Positions 49,327 through 58,863 of a stretch of DNA of 64,000 bases are shown one piece after another. The notes beneath the pieces were generated by a model that had not been told where the DNA came from, did not search any database, and saw nothing but the letters and a program-made list of their open reading frames with translations. How positions within the stretch are numbered: the first letter of the stretch is position 1; each line of letters opens with the position of its first letter. Origin of the DNA: Nannocystis bainbridge (GTDB lineage: Bacteria; Myxococcota_A; Polyangia; Nannocystales; Nannocystaceae). The translations under genes were made by a program, and so were the position numbers. The stretch is taken from NCBI RefSeq assembly GCF_028368995.1, contig NZ_JAQNDL010000003.1, positions 448,001 to 512,000 of the forward strand, written 5' to 3'.

Positions 49327-51231
49327 CTACAGGTGATCGAGGTCGAGGCCGCCGACGACCCAGTAGCTGCCGAAGTCCTGGAGACCGTAGACGCCGATGC
49401 CGACGCGGTCGCTGCCGAGGATGGTGTGGTTGCCGTCGCCGAGCGGGCCGTCGTCCAGCTTCACGCGGGCCAGCGAGTAGCCGGTCGCACCGATCTGGAC
49501 CGGCGCGACCACCGGCTGGCCGTCGACCGACACGCTCGTCCCGGTCTTGAGGATGATGTCGACGAAGTTGCTCGCCCACGACGGCGGGGCGTGGAACAGG
49601 TAGTCCTTGCGGTACTGCTCGGTGGCGGTGGCCAGCAGCATCGACGGGTCGGCCTCGCCGAAGCCGCCGCCCTGGCCGACCATGTACTGCGCGACCATGA
49701 ACCGCTTGTCGGCCGAGACCTTGAAGCGGGCGGTCGTCGCCGCCAGCTCGACGAAATCACCGGCCTTGGCCAGGACCTTCGGCACCCCCTGGTCGGGCAC
49801 GAAGGTCAGGGTCGTGTTCGCCTCGGCCGCGATAAACCGCACGACCTGGCCGTGGTCGGGCGTCCCGTTGGGCGACTGCCCCGGCGGCACGACGATGTAC
49901 TCCTTCGCCAGCGCCTCGTAGGGGAACATCGCCTCCTCGAGGTGATCGCAGGCGTCGACGTTCGTGGGCACGTTGCTGCACTTGTGTCCGGCGATGACCT
50001 GGACCGGCTTGTCGGCGCTGACCCCGGTGCCGGTGAGGTCGCCGCCCGCCGCGGTGGCGACCTGCAGCACGTCGCCGGCGTTCAGCACGACCACGCCGGT
50101 GCCGTCGGCCGCGACCCCGCCGCCCGCCTGCACCTTGTTGCCGGTCGCCGACGGCGCCAGCGTCACCGTGGTCCCGTCCTCGCGCGCGGTCACGGCGTAG
50201 AAGCCGGGGTAGTTGAGCTGCGGGAAGTGCGGGTACGAGGCGACCACGTAGTCGCCGGTCCAGGCGTTGACCGGCAGCAGCAGCGACGCGTCATTGGTCG
50301 CCGACGCATAAAGAAGATTGTACTGGTAGACCGTGACCGGGCGGTCGCTGCGCAGCCGGTAGGCCCCCTCGGCGACCACGGCCGAGGGCCCGAGCCCCTT
50401 CGTCAGCGCGGGGATCCACGGCAGCGTGATCGCCTTGACGCTCTTGGCCGCGACCATCTCCTCCTTGATCAGCATCGCCCCGCGGGTGACCGTGATCGCC
50501 GCCGGCACGTCGGCGGTGTTGGCGACCACCGCCGCGAACACCTTGGTGCCGCTGTTGTAGCTGTCGTGCTGCAGCGTGATGGTCGGGTAGTAATCGCACC
50601 CGATGTAGTTGAGCTGCAGGTTCTCGATCACGCAGGCGCCGTCGCACAGCCCGATGTCCGGGTTGCAGGTGATGCCCTGCAGCTCGTCGCAGTCCTCGGC
50701 GACCTCGCTCGAGAGCCCGTCGGCGGCGCACTTCATGGCCACGTCGCCCTCGCAGAACGGCGTGTCGGGCACGCACGCGAGGCAGCCGACGCCGGGGCCG
50801 CAGGCCGCCTCGCACGGCTCGCTGCTCTCGAACCCGCCCATCCCGTCGCACACCTTGGCCTCGCCGTCCTCGCACACGATCTCGCCCTGCATGCACGGCG
50901 GCGGCGGCTCGGTTCCGCTCTCGCTGTCGGTCGCGGTCGCCGGCATCGTCGACGACTCGGTCCCCATCGTCGTCGACTCGGTCGCGCCCTCGGTCGTCGT
51001 CGAGGAAGTCGGCGCGCTCGTGCCGGTCATCCCCATCGTCGTGATCGTCTCGGTCCCGGGCTCGGACGTCGGCGGCGGCCCCTCGCTCGTGCCCGTCTCC
51101 GTCGTCGAAGTCGTCAGCTCGACCGTCGTCACCCCGGTCTGCGACGTCGTCGCCGAGGCCATCCCCTCCGGCGTCCCGCACCCCGACACCATCACACCCA
51201 CGCCCACGAGAATCAGCCCAGACCGCAGCAT
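49327..51231 (-). CDS. Lipoprotein with IgGFc-binding protein N-terminal-like domain
   Basis: VSGC lipobox, Thr/Ser linker, Cys-rich repeats, DASLLLP..AW, ACDHLEE. Confidence 0.88.
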   Translation of the reverse strand: MLRSGLILVGVGVMVSGCGTPEGMASATTSQTGVTTVELTTSTTETGTSEGPPPTSEPGTETITTMGMTGTSAPTSSTTTEGATESTTMGTESSTMPATATDSESGTEPPPPCMQGEIVCEDGEAKVCDGMGGFESSEPCEAACGPGVGCLACVPDTPFCEGDVAMKCAADGLSSEVAEDCDELQGITCNPDIGLCDGACVIENLQLNYIGCDYYPTITLQHDSYNSGTKVFAAVVANTADVPAAITVTRGAMLIKEEMVAAKSVKAITLPWIPALTKGLGPSAVVAEGAYRLRSDRPVTVYQYNLLYASATNDASLLLPVNAWTGDYVVASYPHFPQLNYPGFYAVTAREDGTTVTLAPSATGNKVQAGGGVAADGTGVVVLNAGDVLQVATAAGGDLTGTGVSADKPVQVIAGHKCSNVPTNVDACDHLEEAMFPYEALAKEYIVVPPGQSPNGTPDHGQVVRFIAAEANTTLTFVPDQGVPKVLAKAGDFVELAATTARFKVSADKRFMVAQYMVGQGGGFGEADPSMLLATATEQYRKDYLFHAPPSWASNFVDIILKTGTSVSVDGQPVVAPVQIGATGYSLARVKLDDGPLGDGNHTILGSDRVGIGVYGLQDFGSYWVVGGLDLDHL

Positions 51232-51257
51232 AGCGGCCACTGTATCACGCCGTTTGC

Positions 51258-51277
51258 ATTTGTACGCGCGTACAAAT
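51258..51277. promoter_or_regulatory. Perfect 20-bp palindrome, probable TetR operator
   Basis: atttgtacgcgcgtacaaat between the divergent lipoprotein and TetR genes; related site ttacacatgtgtgcaaat at 51292-51309. Confidence 0.7.
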
Positions 51278-51317
51278 TCTGCTGGACCCGCTTACACATG
51301 TGTGCAAATTATCTGTA

Positions 51318-51977
51318 GTGCGCGTGAGCAACTCGGGCGAGGCGAAAACCACTCCTGATGGTCGCGAGGAGCGGGGCGACCGAACCGCGCAGGCGCTGCT
51401 CGTCGCAGCGCGCTCGGCGTTCTCGCGCGGCGGCTACGCGGCCGCCTCGGTGCGGGACATCGCGCGCGCCGCGGGCGTCAACCCGGCGCTCGTCCGCTAT
51501 CACTTCGGCAGCAAAGAGGGCCTCTATCGCAAGGTCATCGACGAGGCGATGAGCGGCCTGCGGACCCGGTTGCTGGCGGCCTTCCACCAGGCCGGCGCGC
51601 CGCGCGAGCGGATTCATCGGGTCATCGGCGCCTACCTCGACCACCTCGCGCAGGAGCGCGACTTCCCGCGGCTGATCCAGCGCGCGCTCCTCAACAACGA
51701 CCCGCACCTGCGCCGGGTCGCGCACGAATATCTGCACCCGCTGGTCGACACGCTCAAGCCGTTCGTCGGTCGGCGGGTCGCTGGCACACTCGGCAGCCTC
51801 GAAGAGGTCATCGTCTCGGTGTTCGGGGCCATCATCGCGCCCTTCCTCTACGAGCCGCTGCTCAACGACCTGTTCCGCCGCGACGTGCTGTCGCCCGCCG
51901 CGCTCAAGCGGCGCCGCCGGCACATCGAGGCCCTCGTGGAAATCACCCTGGCCCAGCTGCTCCCGGAAACGGTCTAA
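51318..51977 (+). CDS. TetR/AcrR family regulator
   Basis: ASVRDIARAAGVNPALVRYHFGSKEGLY. Confidence 0.93.
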   Translation: MRVSNSGEAKTTPDGREERGDRTAQALLVAARSAFSRGGYAAASVRDIARAAGVNPALVRYHFGSKEGLYRKVIDEAMSGLRTRLLAAFHQAGAPRERIHRVIGAYLDHLAQERDFPRLIQRALLNNDPHLRRVAHEYLHPLVDTLKPFVGRRVAGTLGSLEEVIVSVFGAIIAPFLYEPLLNDLFRRDVLSPAALKRRRRHIEALVEITLAQLLPETV

Positions 51978-51981
51978 TTTT

Positions 51982-53352
51982 ATGTCCACCGTCCGCCTCA
52001 CCGACCCTATCGACATCGGCGCGCTCCGCCTGCCCAACCGCCTCTACCGCGCGCCCGTGCTCGAGGGTGCGGGCGGCGCCGACGACCCGGCCGCCGTCTA
52101 CGCCCGCCACTTCGTGCCCAACGCCGCCGCGGGCGTCGGACTCATCATTCAGGGCAACACGATCGTCTGTCCCGAGGGCCGCACCTCGCCGGGCATGTCG
52201 GCGATCGGCGAACGCGAGCGCATGCTCGCCCTCGCCCCGCTGACGCGCGCGGTCCACGACGCGGGCGGCAAGATCGTCACGCAGCTCGGCCACGGCGGCC
52301 TGTTCGCGCTCGAGGGCTGGCACACCAAGTTCGCCCCGGTCCGCAGCTCGCCGCCGTACGCCCCGAGCCCGCTGCCGCTGTGGCTGCGCGCGCTGCATCG
52401 CAGCCAGACGCACGTGCTCACCACCGCGGAGGTCCAACAATTGATCGCCCGCTTCGGCCACGTGGCCGCCTGGGCGCGCGAGGCCGGCTACGACGGCGTG
52501 CAGCTGGCGGCCAGCAACGCCAAGCTGCTGCATCAATTCCTCAGCCCGATCTTCAACCGCCGCCGCGATCGTTACGGCGGCGACATCCACGGGCGCATGA
52601 CCTTCATCCGCGAGATCCGCGAGGCCATCGCCCGCGAGGCCGGGGCCGACTTCCCGGTCCTCCTCAAATACACCGCCGTCGAGCTGACCCCGATCGGCCG
52701 CGGCATCGACCTCGGCGAGGGCGTCGAGATCGCGCGTATGGCCGAGGCCGCCGGCTTCGCCGCGCTGACGCCGGTGATCGCCGACGCGCTGCCCAACACC
52801 TCGATCGCCCGCGGCGAGTTCCCGCGCGCCTCGTTCGACAACCCCGGCCTGCGCCGCCGCCTGCTCGAGGCCACCGGCAGCCGCATGCGCGCCGCCCTGG
52901 TCCACGTCGGCATGTTCCTGTCCTCGCGCAAGTACCCGCTCTCGCCGATGTGGAACCGCGAAGTCTTCCGCGCGATCAAGGCGGCGGTCAGCTTGCCGGT
53001 GTTCGCGGTCGGAGGCATCCGCACGCCCGCCGAGGCGGCCGAGATCCTGGCCCGCGGCGAGGCCGACATGATCGGCATCGGCCGCCCGTTCTACGCCGAG
53101 CCCGACCTGGCCCGCCGCTTCCTCGCCGCCTCCGGCCCGTCCGACACCACCGCCACCGCCTGCGAGAGCTGCAACCGCTGCATCGTCCCGCAGATGCTGG
53201 GGATGCCGGGCGTCTGCTACAACCCCGGTAGCTTGCGCGCGGCGAAGATTCGCTCGCCTTTGCGCGCCGTGCCGGGCGTAGCATCTGCGGTTGGGACTCC
53301 ATCAGATGACTCCATGTCAGGCCCGCGGGAACGGGTCCGTTCTGTCGGCTAG
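51982..53352 (+). CDS. NADH:flavin oxidoreductase (Old Yellow Enzyme family)
   Basis: LPNRL, QLGHGG, AGYDGVQL, QFLSP..NRRRDRYGG, VGGIRT, CESCNRC. Confidence 0.9.
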   Translation: MSTVRLTDPIDIGALRLPNRLYRAPVLEGAGGADDPAAVYARHFVPNAAAGVGLIIQGNTIVCPEGRTSPGMSAIGERERMLALAPLTRAVHDAGGKIVTQLGHGGLFALEGWHTKFAPVRSSPPYAPSPLPLWLRALHRSQTHVLTTAEVQQLIARFGHVAAWAREAGYDGVQLAASNAKLLHQFLSPIFNRRRDRYGGDIHGRMTFIREIREAIAREAGADFPVLLKYTAVELTPIGRGIDLGEGVEIARMAEAAGFAALTPVIADALPNTSIARGEFPRASFDNPGLRRRLLEATGSRMRAALVHVGMFLSSRKYPLSPMWNREVFRAIKAAVSLPVFAVGGIRTPAEAAEILARGEADMIGIGRPFYAEPDLARRFLAASGPSDTTATACESCNRCIVPQMLGMPGVCYNPGSLRAAKIRSPLRAVPGVASAVGTPSDDSMSGPRERVRSVG

Positions 53353-53492
53353 CAGTGCGAGCGGAGCGCGTCAAGAGTCAAGATCGACACGCGCGTGCAG
53401 GGCCGAGGTCGACGTCGGGCGGCGCGGCGCAGCGGCGCGGCTCGCGGCTCGCCGGAGCTGCGACTCCCCGAAGCTGCGGTAGGATCCGCGTC

Positions 53493-53657
53493 ATGACTCT
53501 CCGCAAGAAGTGTCCCCGGTGCGGCAAGGAAAAGCCGCTCGATGATTTCCACCACTCCGACGACGCCGCGGACCGGCATCAGGGCTACTGCAAAAAATGT
53601 AACAATGAACGGCAGTATGAGCCGGGCGGCGCTGCCTATCCGAAGAAGCGGTCGTAG
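53493..53657 (+). CDS. Small CxxC...CxxC zinc-finger protein
   Basis: MTLRKKCPRCGKEKPLDDFH...YCKKC; TAGGAT 7 nt upstream of the ATG. Confidence 0.7.
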   Translation: MTLRKKCPRCGKEKPLDDFHHSDDAADRHQGYCKKCNNERQYEPGGAAYPKKRS

Positions 53658-53787
53658 TTCACGCGTCACGTAACGGGCGGCGCACGCGCTAGTATGGGCA
53701 CGTGCGCCGCTTCTTTATTCGCGGCGGTGGACTCGTGATCGCGCCACCGCTGTGCTGTGTGGTCGGCCTCCGGCGAGGGACGGGAAC

Positions 53788-54108
53788 ATGACCGACACCA
53801 CCCGATCCCCACTACACCTCGCCGAGACTCTCATCGGCGCGGCGCTCGCCTTGTTCATCTCCCTGATCGCACGGACAGGCTGCGACTACCAGGTTGCGGG
53901 CCATGTCCGCGAGGACAGGCCATCGCCGCCGCCGCCGCTCGCCTCTCCATCGCTGCCGGCGCCGCCGGACGCCTCCGGCGCCCTCGGTCCGCGTGAGGAC
54001 GCCGCGCTCGTCCCACGAGGGCGCGTAGGCGGCGACGAGACGCAGCGAGGTAAGCGTCGGCCATATCGGGGCAGGCCCGCCCCGAAACGACTCCACGGGG
54101 CGGGCTAG
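53788..54108 (+). CDS. Small membrane protein with RTxCxxQVxGH motif
   Basis: Hydrophobic segment then RTGCDYQVAGH; motif shared with 61795-62034. Confidence 0.55.
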   Translation: MTDTTRSPLHLAETLIGAALALFISLIARTGCDYQVAGHVREDRPSPPPPLASPSLPAPPDASGALGPREDAALVPRGRVGGDETQRGKRRPYRGRPAPKRLHGAG

Positions 54109-54219
54109 GCCGCGCTGGGGCGGGAACCCCAGCGAAGGCCCGACGACCCGGCTCGCGCTCCGCGTGGGCCGGGTCTTCGACTTCCCGGCGCGCAAGACTC
54201 GCCTGCGGCAGCGACAAGG

Positions 54220-54378
54220 CACGTTCTCGACCTCCTCCACCGGCTCTCCCGTCGTCGACCTCGACGTCCGGCGGCGCCAAGGACAGCGCCGCCGCGAGCA
54301 CCGCCGGCGTCTCGACCTTCGACATGGACCCCGCGCCCAACCTCGGCGATCCGCAGTTCGAGGGGGGCAAGGGCAAGG
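54220..54378 (+). pseudogene. Fragment of gene C 5' region
   Basis: Aligns with ~55310-55472 (DSAAASTAGVSTFDMDPAPNLGDPQ.EG.KGK), lacks start and remainder. Confidence 0.8.
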
Positions 54379-54496
54379 TAGCCAGCGCAGCGGCGGACGT
54401 GAGCTTCGCAACCGGCGGGCGCGCCGGTGCGTCCGGCGAAATTCCGCGTGCGCGGGGTTGCCAGGCCACCATGCGGCGTGTACGCCTGGCCCAAGT

Positions 54497-55087
54497 ATGT
54501 CGAATCCACCCCGTCTCCCTCAGTCCGAAGCCGAATTCCTGGAAATACTCGGAATTCTAAGCCAATTGACCGCTGATCCGGCCACGCTCGGCGAGCTTGT
54601 TCGTCCGCTGACGCCGGAGGATGAAGCGCTGCTCGCCCTCGATCCGGCGACGCTTCCAGCGGACCAGCGACAGGCGCACGCGAACGCCAGGCTGCGCCAG
54701 CTCTTCCAGGCCCACGTGAACCCGTCGACCGACCTGGGCCCGTCGACGATGCCCGATCTGGGCACGCTGACGATGCCCGACCTGGGCACGCCGACGATGC
54801 CCGACCTGGGCACGCTGACGATGCCCGACCTGGGCACGCCGACGATGCCCGACCTGGGCACGCTGACGATGCCCCACCTCGACCCGCCGACGATGCCCGA
54901 CCTGGGCACGCTGACGATGCCCCACCTCGACCTGCCGGCGATGCCCGACTTCGGCCTGTCCGACCCGGGCCCGCTGACGCCAGAGGATGAAGCGCTGATC
55001 GCCCTCGATCCGGCGACGCTTACGCCGGAACAGAGGCGAGCGCGCGCGCTCGCCATGGCGCGCAAGCTCCTGCGACCGCCCGAGTAG
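54497..55087 (+). CDS. Hypothetical protein with 8-aa tandem repeats
   Basis: (P/L)TMPDLGT repeated about nine times between two PLTPEDEALxALDPATL motifs. Confidence 0.7.
   Translation: MSNPPRLPQSEAEFLEILGILSQLTADPATLGELVRPLTPEDEALLALDPATLPADQRQAHANARLRQLFQAHVNPSTDLGPSTMPDLGTLTMPDLGTPTMPDLGTLTMPDLGTPTMPDLGTLTMPHLDPPTMPDLGTLTMPHLDLPAMPDFGLSDPGPLTPEDEALIALDPATLTPEQRRARALAMARKLLRPPE
54745..54950 (+). repeat. 24-bp minisatellite (gacgatgcccgacctgggcacgc(t/c))
   Basis: Directly visible tandem units. Confidence 0.92.
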
Positions 55088-55108
55088 CCCCGACAGGGCA
55101 CTCGACCG

Positions 55109-55148
55109 AAGGCTCGGCCCGCGCCTGCTGGCCGAGCCTTTGGCTTTT
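55109..55148 (+). terminator. Probable intrinsic terminator
   Basis: aaggctcggcc-N10-ggccgagcctt followed by tggctttt. Confidence 0.6.
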
Positions 55149-55199
55149 CTGTCCGGTGATGCGCGAGACAGCGCGCGCCGGCCGGGGTAGACTTGACAC

Positions 55200-56303
55200 A
55201 TGCGCCGCCTTGCGCTGCTCGCCGCCGCTGCCGCCCTCGCGGGCTGCGGCACCGACAACTCGCCGGGGTTCTCCACGGGGCCCGGCGTGACGTCCGTGAC
55301 GACGCTGGGGACCTCGACCTCGTCCACCAGCTCGGCCGGCTCGTCGTCGTCGACCTCGACGTCCGGCGGCGCCGAGGACAGCGCCGCCGCCAGCACCGCC
55401 GGCGTCTCGACGTTCGACATGGACCCCGCGCCCGACGTCGGCGATCCGCAACCCGAGGGGTGCAAGGGCAAGATCGATTTCCTGTTCGTGATCAGCGCCT
55501 TCGGCACGATGCGCCACGAACAAGATCAACTCCTGGCGAGCTACGACGGCTTCGTGGACGTGTTGGCGTCGAAGTTCGCCGACTTCGACCGGCACGTGAT
55601 CAGCGTGAACACGGACGAGTTTTGGCGGGGCACGGGCTGCGAAGAGCCCGAGTTCTGTGGGAACGCGGGTAACTGCGGCCCATACGCGATGGACTACGTC
55701 TGCGGCTCGTACGCCGACACCGTGTTCAAGTGCGACCGGACCCGCGGCGCCGGCCTGCTCTACAACGCCGGCCCGCACGCCACGAACCACGTGTGCGAGC
55801 TCGACGGGGGAAACCGCTACATCATCAACGGCGCGACGGACCCGGACGCGTTCGCCTGCATCGCGCAGGTGGGGACCTTCGGCGCCAATTCACCGATCGC
55901 CGACACGCTCGTCGCGGCTGTGTCCGGCGAGCTCAACGGCCCGGGCGGCTGCAACGAGGGCTTTCTCCGCGACGACGCCCTGCTCGTGTTCGTCCTCATC
56001 ATGGACAACGAGGACGAGCAATCGGTCCTGAGCGCGAAAAAAGTTCATGACGCGGTGGTGGCCGCCAAGGGCGGGGACGAGCACGCGGTCGTCGGCCTGG
56101 CGATCATCCCGCAGCCGCTAGAGGGCGAGCCCGTGCCAGATTGCGTCTACGACGACGGCCTTTGGCAGCAACACCTACGCGAAGTCGTGCAGACCTTCGA
56201 CTACCACCGCGAAGGCAACATCTGCGCCGACAGCTACGACGGGTTCTTCAGCGAGGCCGCCGATCTCGTTCACGAGGCGTGTAACGCGTTCATCCCTCAG
56301 TGA
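55200..56303 (+). CDS. Cys-rich VWA-like lipoprotein (module gene C, inverted copy)
   Basis: LAGC lipobox, DNSPGFSTGPGVTSV and CNAFIPQ shared with 2997-4094. Confidence 0.82.
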   Translation: MRRLALLAAAAALAGCGTDNSPGFSTGPGVTSVTTLGTSTSSTSSAGSSSSTSTSGGAEDSAAASTAGVSTFDMDPAPDVGDPQPEGCKGKIDFLFVISAFGTMRHEQDQLLASYDGFVDVLASKFADFDRHVISVNTDEFWRGTGCEEPEFCGNAGNCGPYAMDYVCGSYADTVFKCDRTRGAGLLYNAGPHATNHVCELDGGNRYIINGATDPDAFACIAQVGTFGANSPIADTLVAAVSGELNGPGGCNEGFLRDDALLVFVLIMDNEDEQSVLSAKKVHDAVVAAKGGDEHAVVGLAIIPQPLEGEPVPDCVYDDGLWQQHLREVVQTFDYHREGNICADSYDGFFSEAADLVHEACNAFIPQ

Positions 56304-56310
56304 GCCGCGC

Positions 56311-57966
56311 TCACTGCCGCACGAGCGCCGCCCGGGCGTACTGAACGCCAGCGGTGGTCAGCTCGCCGACCGGGAACACTTGATCCCAGGGGTCGACCGC
56401 GACGCCGTAGACCGCGGACGCCTCCGGGCCGGACGAGAATTTGTGCTCGTACACAAGACCCTTGCGCCCGAGCACAACGCCGCGGAGCAACCCGCCGACC
56501 TTCACCACGCCCCCGGCGATCACCCCGCCATGCGCACTCACGGCGACGCCGGTCCCGTACGCGACATCAGCGGCCGCCTCGGGAACCCACCATAGCCGGG
56601 CCCCGCTGGCGTCGTAAAGCGCCAGCTCGATCCGCTGCGACGTCCCGTCGCCCGTCGCCCCGTAGCCGACGACGACCACGCCGTCCGGATGTGCCGCGGC
56701 GCCGAGATACATCCCTTGCCGCCAGCCGCCGCTTACCTCTTGCACGATCACCGGGTCGAGTCGCGCGCCGGTTTCAAGATCCAGGGGCACGAGGACGCCG
56801 CGTGACTCCGTCCAAATGCCGTTGTGTTCCCCGACGCTCGCGCCGGCGACCCACGCGACGCCGTCCTTGATCACCACGTCGAACGCGAGGTCGTCGAAGG
56901 AGTGTTTAAAGAGCTCGTTGCCGTTCGGGACGTGGTCCCACCCCTTCGCGCTCACGACCGCGACGCCCTCGGCGGTCATGCGCCAGACCTTGATGTCCGT
57001 GTCGCCGTAGCCCGAGGCCCCGAAGCCGACCGCGATGCAGCCGCCCGCGTCGTCGCTGGCGATGCCCCGCACCGTCGACCCCGCATCGGTCGGCATCTCC
57101 ACGCCGGTCTCCTGGCCCTCGGCGTCGAGCAAGACGATCCGCGGCCGCCACTTTTTGTCCGCCTGGCGGACGTTCATAGCGACCCAGATCTCGCCGGACG
57201 GCGTCAGCGCGACCGCATCGACCGCGCCCTCGCGTGAGTCGAGCACGATCGTTCCCTCGGCCCAGATCTCCGCGCCGTCCTCGCCTCGGCGCTTCCGGAT
57301 CGACGGGCGCAGCGCGCCGTCGATCAAGACGGCGCCGACCTCGATCGCGTCCCCCTCGGGGGTGGCGACGATGCGCCGCGAGATCGAGCCGCTCGGCCCG
57401 AGCCTGCCCCACGCGAGATCGCCGGGCGCGGGCGCGGCGACCTCGAACATCACCGGCGGCCACACGTGCGCGAGCGGCCCGCGCGTGGCGGTCACTTCGA
57501 GTACGTGCGCGCCGTTGTCCACGGCGCCGTAGCAGGGCGCGGCGCCGGTCCACACGCCCCCACCCTGGTCGGTGAACGGCTCCAGCTCGGCGCCGTCGAG
57601 CGTGGCGCGCACGAGGCTCGCGCCGCCCTCGGTCGTCACCGTCACCGGCACCGGGCCGGCGAGGTGGACTTTCGCGGGCACGTCGACGTCGAGGATCCGC
57701 GGCGGGACAAACTCGGCGTTGCCGGCCGTGCTGCCGGCCTCGCTCGTGCCCGTCGCGTCCGTCGTGCCCTCGTAGTCGCCGGTCGCCGGGCTCGGCTCGT
57801 CGCTTGTGCTCGCGGGGCCGGTCGTCTCCGCCGCTCCGCCCTCGCTGCTCGTACCTGTCCCGTGGGTCATGTCGTTGGCCAAGAAGTCGGCCCACGACGG
57901 CGCGTGATCGGCACAGGCGCCGAACGCGAAGAGCATGCAGAGGGACAAAGCGCGAGCGCGGTTCAT
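56311..57966 (-). CDS. Lipoprotein, probable beta-propeller (module gene B, inverted copy)
   Basis: FGAC lipobox; colinear similarity to 1316-2989; GGAGG RBS. Confidence 0.82.
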   Translation of the reverse strand: MNRARALSLCMLFAFGACADHAPSWADFLANDMTHGTGTSSEGGAAETTGPASTSDEPSPATGDYEGTTDATGTSEAGSTAGNAEFVPPRILDVDVPAKVHLAGPVPVTVTTEGGASLVRATLDGAELEPFTDQGGGVWTGAAPCYGAVDNGAHVLEVTATRGPLAHVWPPVMFEVAAPAPGDLAWGRLGPSGSISRRIVATPEGDAIEVGAVLIDGALRPSIRKRRGEDGAEIWAEGTIVLDSREGAVDAVALTPSGEIWVAMNVRQADKKWRPRIVLLDAEGQETGVEMPTDAGSTVRGIASDDAGGCIAVGFGASGYGDTDIKVWRMTAEGVAVVSAKGWDHVPNGNELFKHSFDDLAFDVVIKDGVAWVAGASVGEHNGIWTESRGVLVPLDLETGARLDPVIVQEVSGGWRQGMYLGAAAHPDGVVVVGYGATGDGTSQRIELALYDASGARLWWVPEAAADVAYGTGVAVSAHGGVIAGGVVKVGGLLRGVVLGRKGLVYEHKFSSGPEASAVYGVAVDPWDQVFPVGELTTAGVQYARAALVRQ

Positions 57967-57990
57967 GGCGACCTCCGAGCGCAAAGCGGC

Positions 57991-58854
57991 TCAGAACGAG
58001 TATACAAAGCCGGCGCCGCCGGCGCGCGCTCTCGCGCGTGAGCCTGCGCGGGTCGGCGCGAACAGGACTGCCGCGCTTGTAATTAGGCTTACACACGCAA
58101 CAGTGAGCAGGGCAGGCCATGTCGCATCGAGCCGGACATAGCGGTCGTTGGCGCCGTGCGCCGCGGCCCGTTCGGCGGCCGTGTACTCGCGGCCTCGCGC
58201 GGCGTCGACGATGGCGCCGAGTTCGGCTTCCGCCTGCTCACGTCGCACGAGGGCGCCGGCCATGCCCCCGAGCAAGCCGAGCCCGATCCCGCCGAGCACG
58301 GAGGCCGCGATCACGCGGCCGCGAGGTCTCCACGGCGGCCTGTCCTTCGCGCCAGGCTCGGGCATGCTGTCCTTCGCGCCAGGTTGCGGCCCCGGTCCTT
58401 CGGCCCGCGGCCCGGTCGTCGGCGTCGGCTCGGTCGTCGACGGCTCGGTCGTCGGCGGCTCGGTCGTCGGCGCCGGCTCGGGCGTCGGCTCGGCCGGCGC
58501 CGACGCGGGGCACTCTGCGTCCGCCTTGTCCACGAGGGACGCGTCGGTCGCTTCGAGCTCGACCCACGCGGCCTCCTCCTTCGGGGTGGCGAAGCCCCCT
58601 CGCGCGACTAAGCCGCGCGCCACGTCGAGAGCTTCGCACAGGTGGGCGACGTCCCCCGTCGTGCGGTAGAGCGCGCGCAGGCTGTCGTGGACGCCATAGA
58701 GCGCCGTGGGAGCGTGGACACCCGGGGCGGCGGCTCGCTCGCGGTGCAGCTTCAACGCGAGCTCCAGCTTGCCCTCGTTGAAGGCCGCGACGGCCTCGGC
58801 CTCCGAGGGCGGCGGGACGAGCATGGTCGACACCAGGACGAGGCGGAGCAACAT
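57991..58854 (-). CDS. Secreted/membrane hypothetical protein (module gene A, inverted copy)
   Basis: HLC motif, Pro/Thr linker, C-terminal RARARAGGAGFVYSF versus RARVRASGAGLVYTF in 428-1294. Confidence 0.78.
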   Translation of the reverse strand: MLLRLVLVSTMLVPPPSEAEAVAAFNEGKLELALKLHRERAAAPGVHAPTALYGVHDSLRALYRTTGDVAHLCEALDVARGLVARGGFATPKEEAAWVELEATDASLVDKADAECPASAPAEPTPEPAPTTEPPTTEPSTTEPTPTTGPRAEGPGPQPGAKDSMPEPGAKDRPPWRPRGRVIAASVLGGIGLGLLGGMAGALVRREQAEAELGAIVDAARGREYTAAERAAAHGANDRYVRLDATWPALLTVACVSLITSAAVLFAPTRAGSRARARAGGAGFVYSF

Positions 58855-58863
58855 GGCGACCTC

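Noticed and set aside
54745-54950. 24-bp repeat as CRISPR
   Set aside because: No unique spacers; it is an in-frame coding minisatellite.
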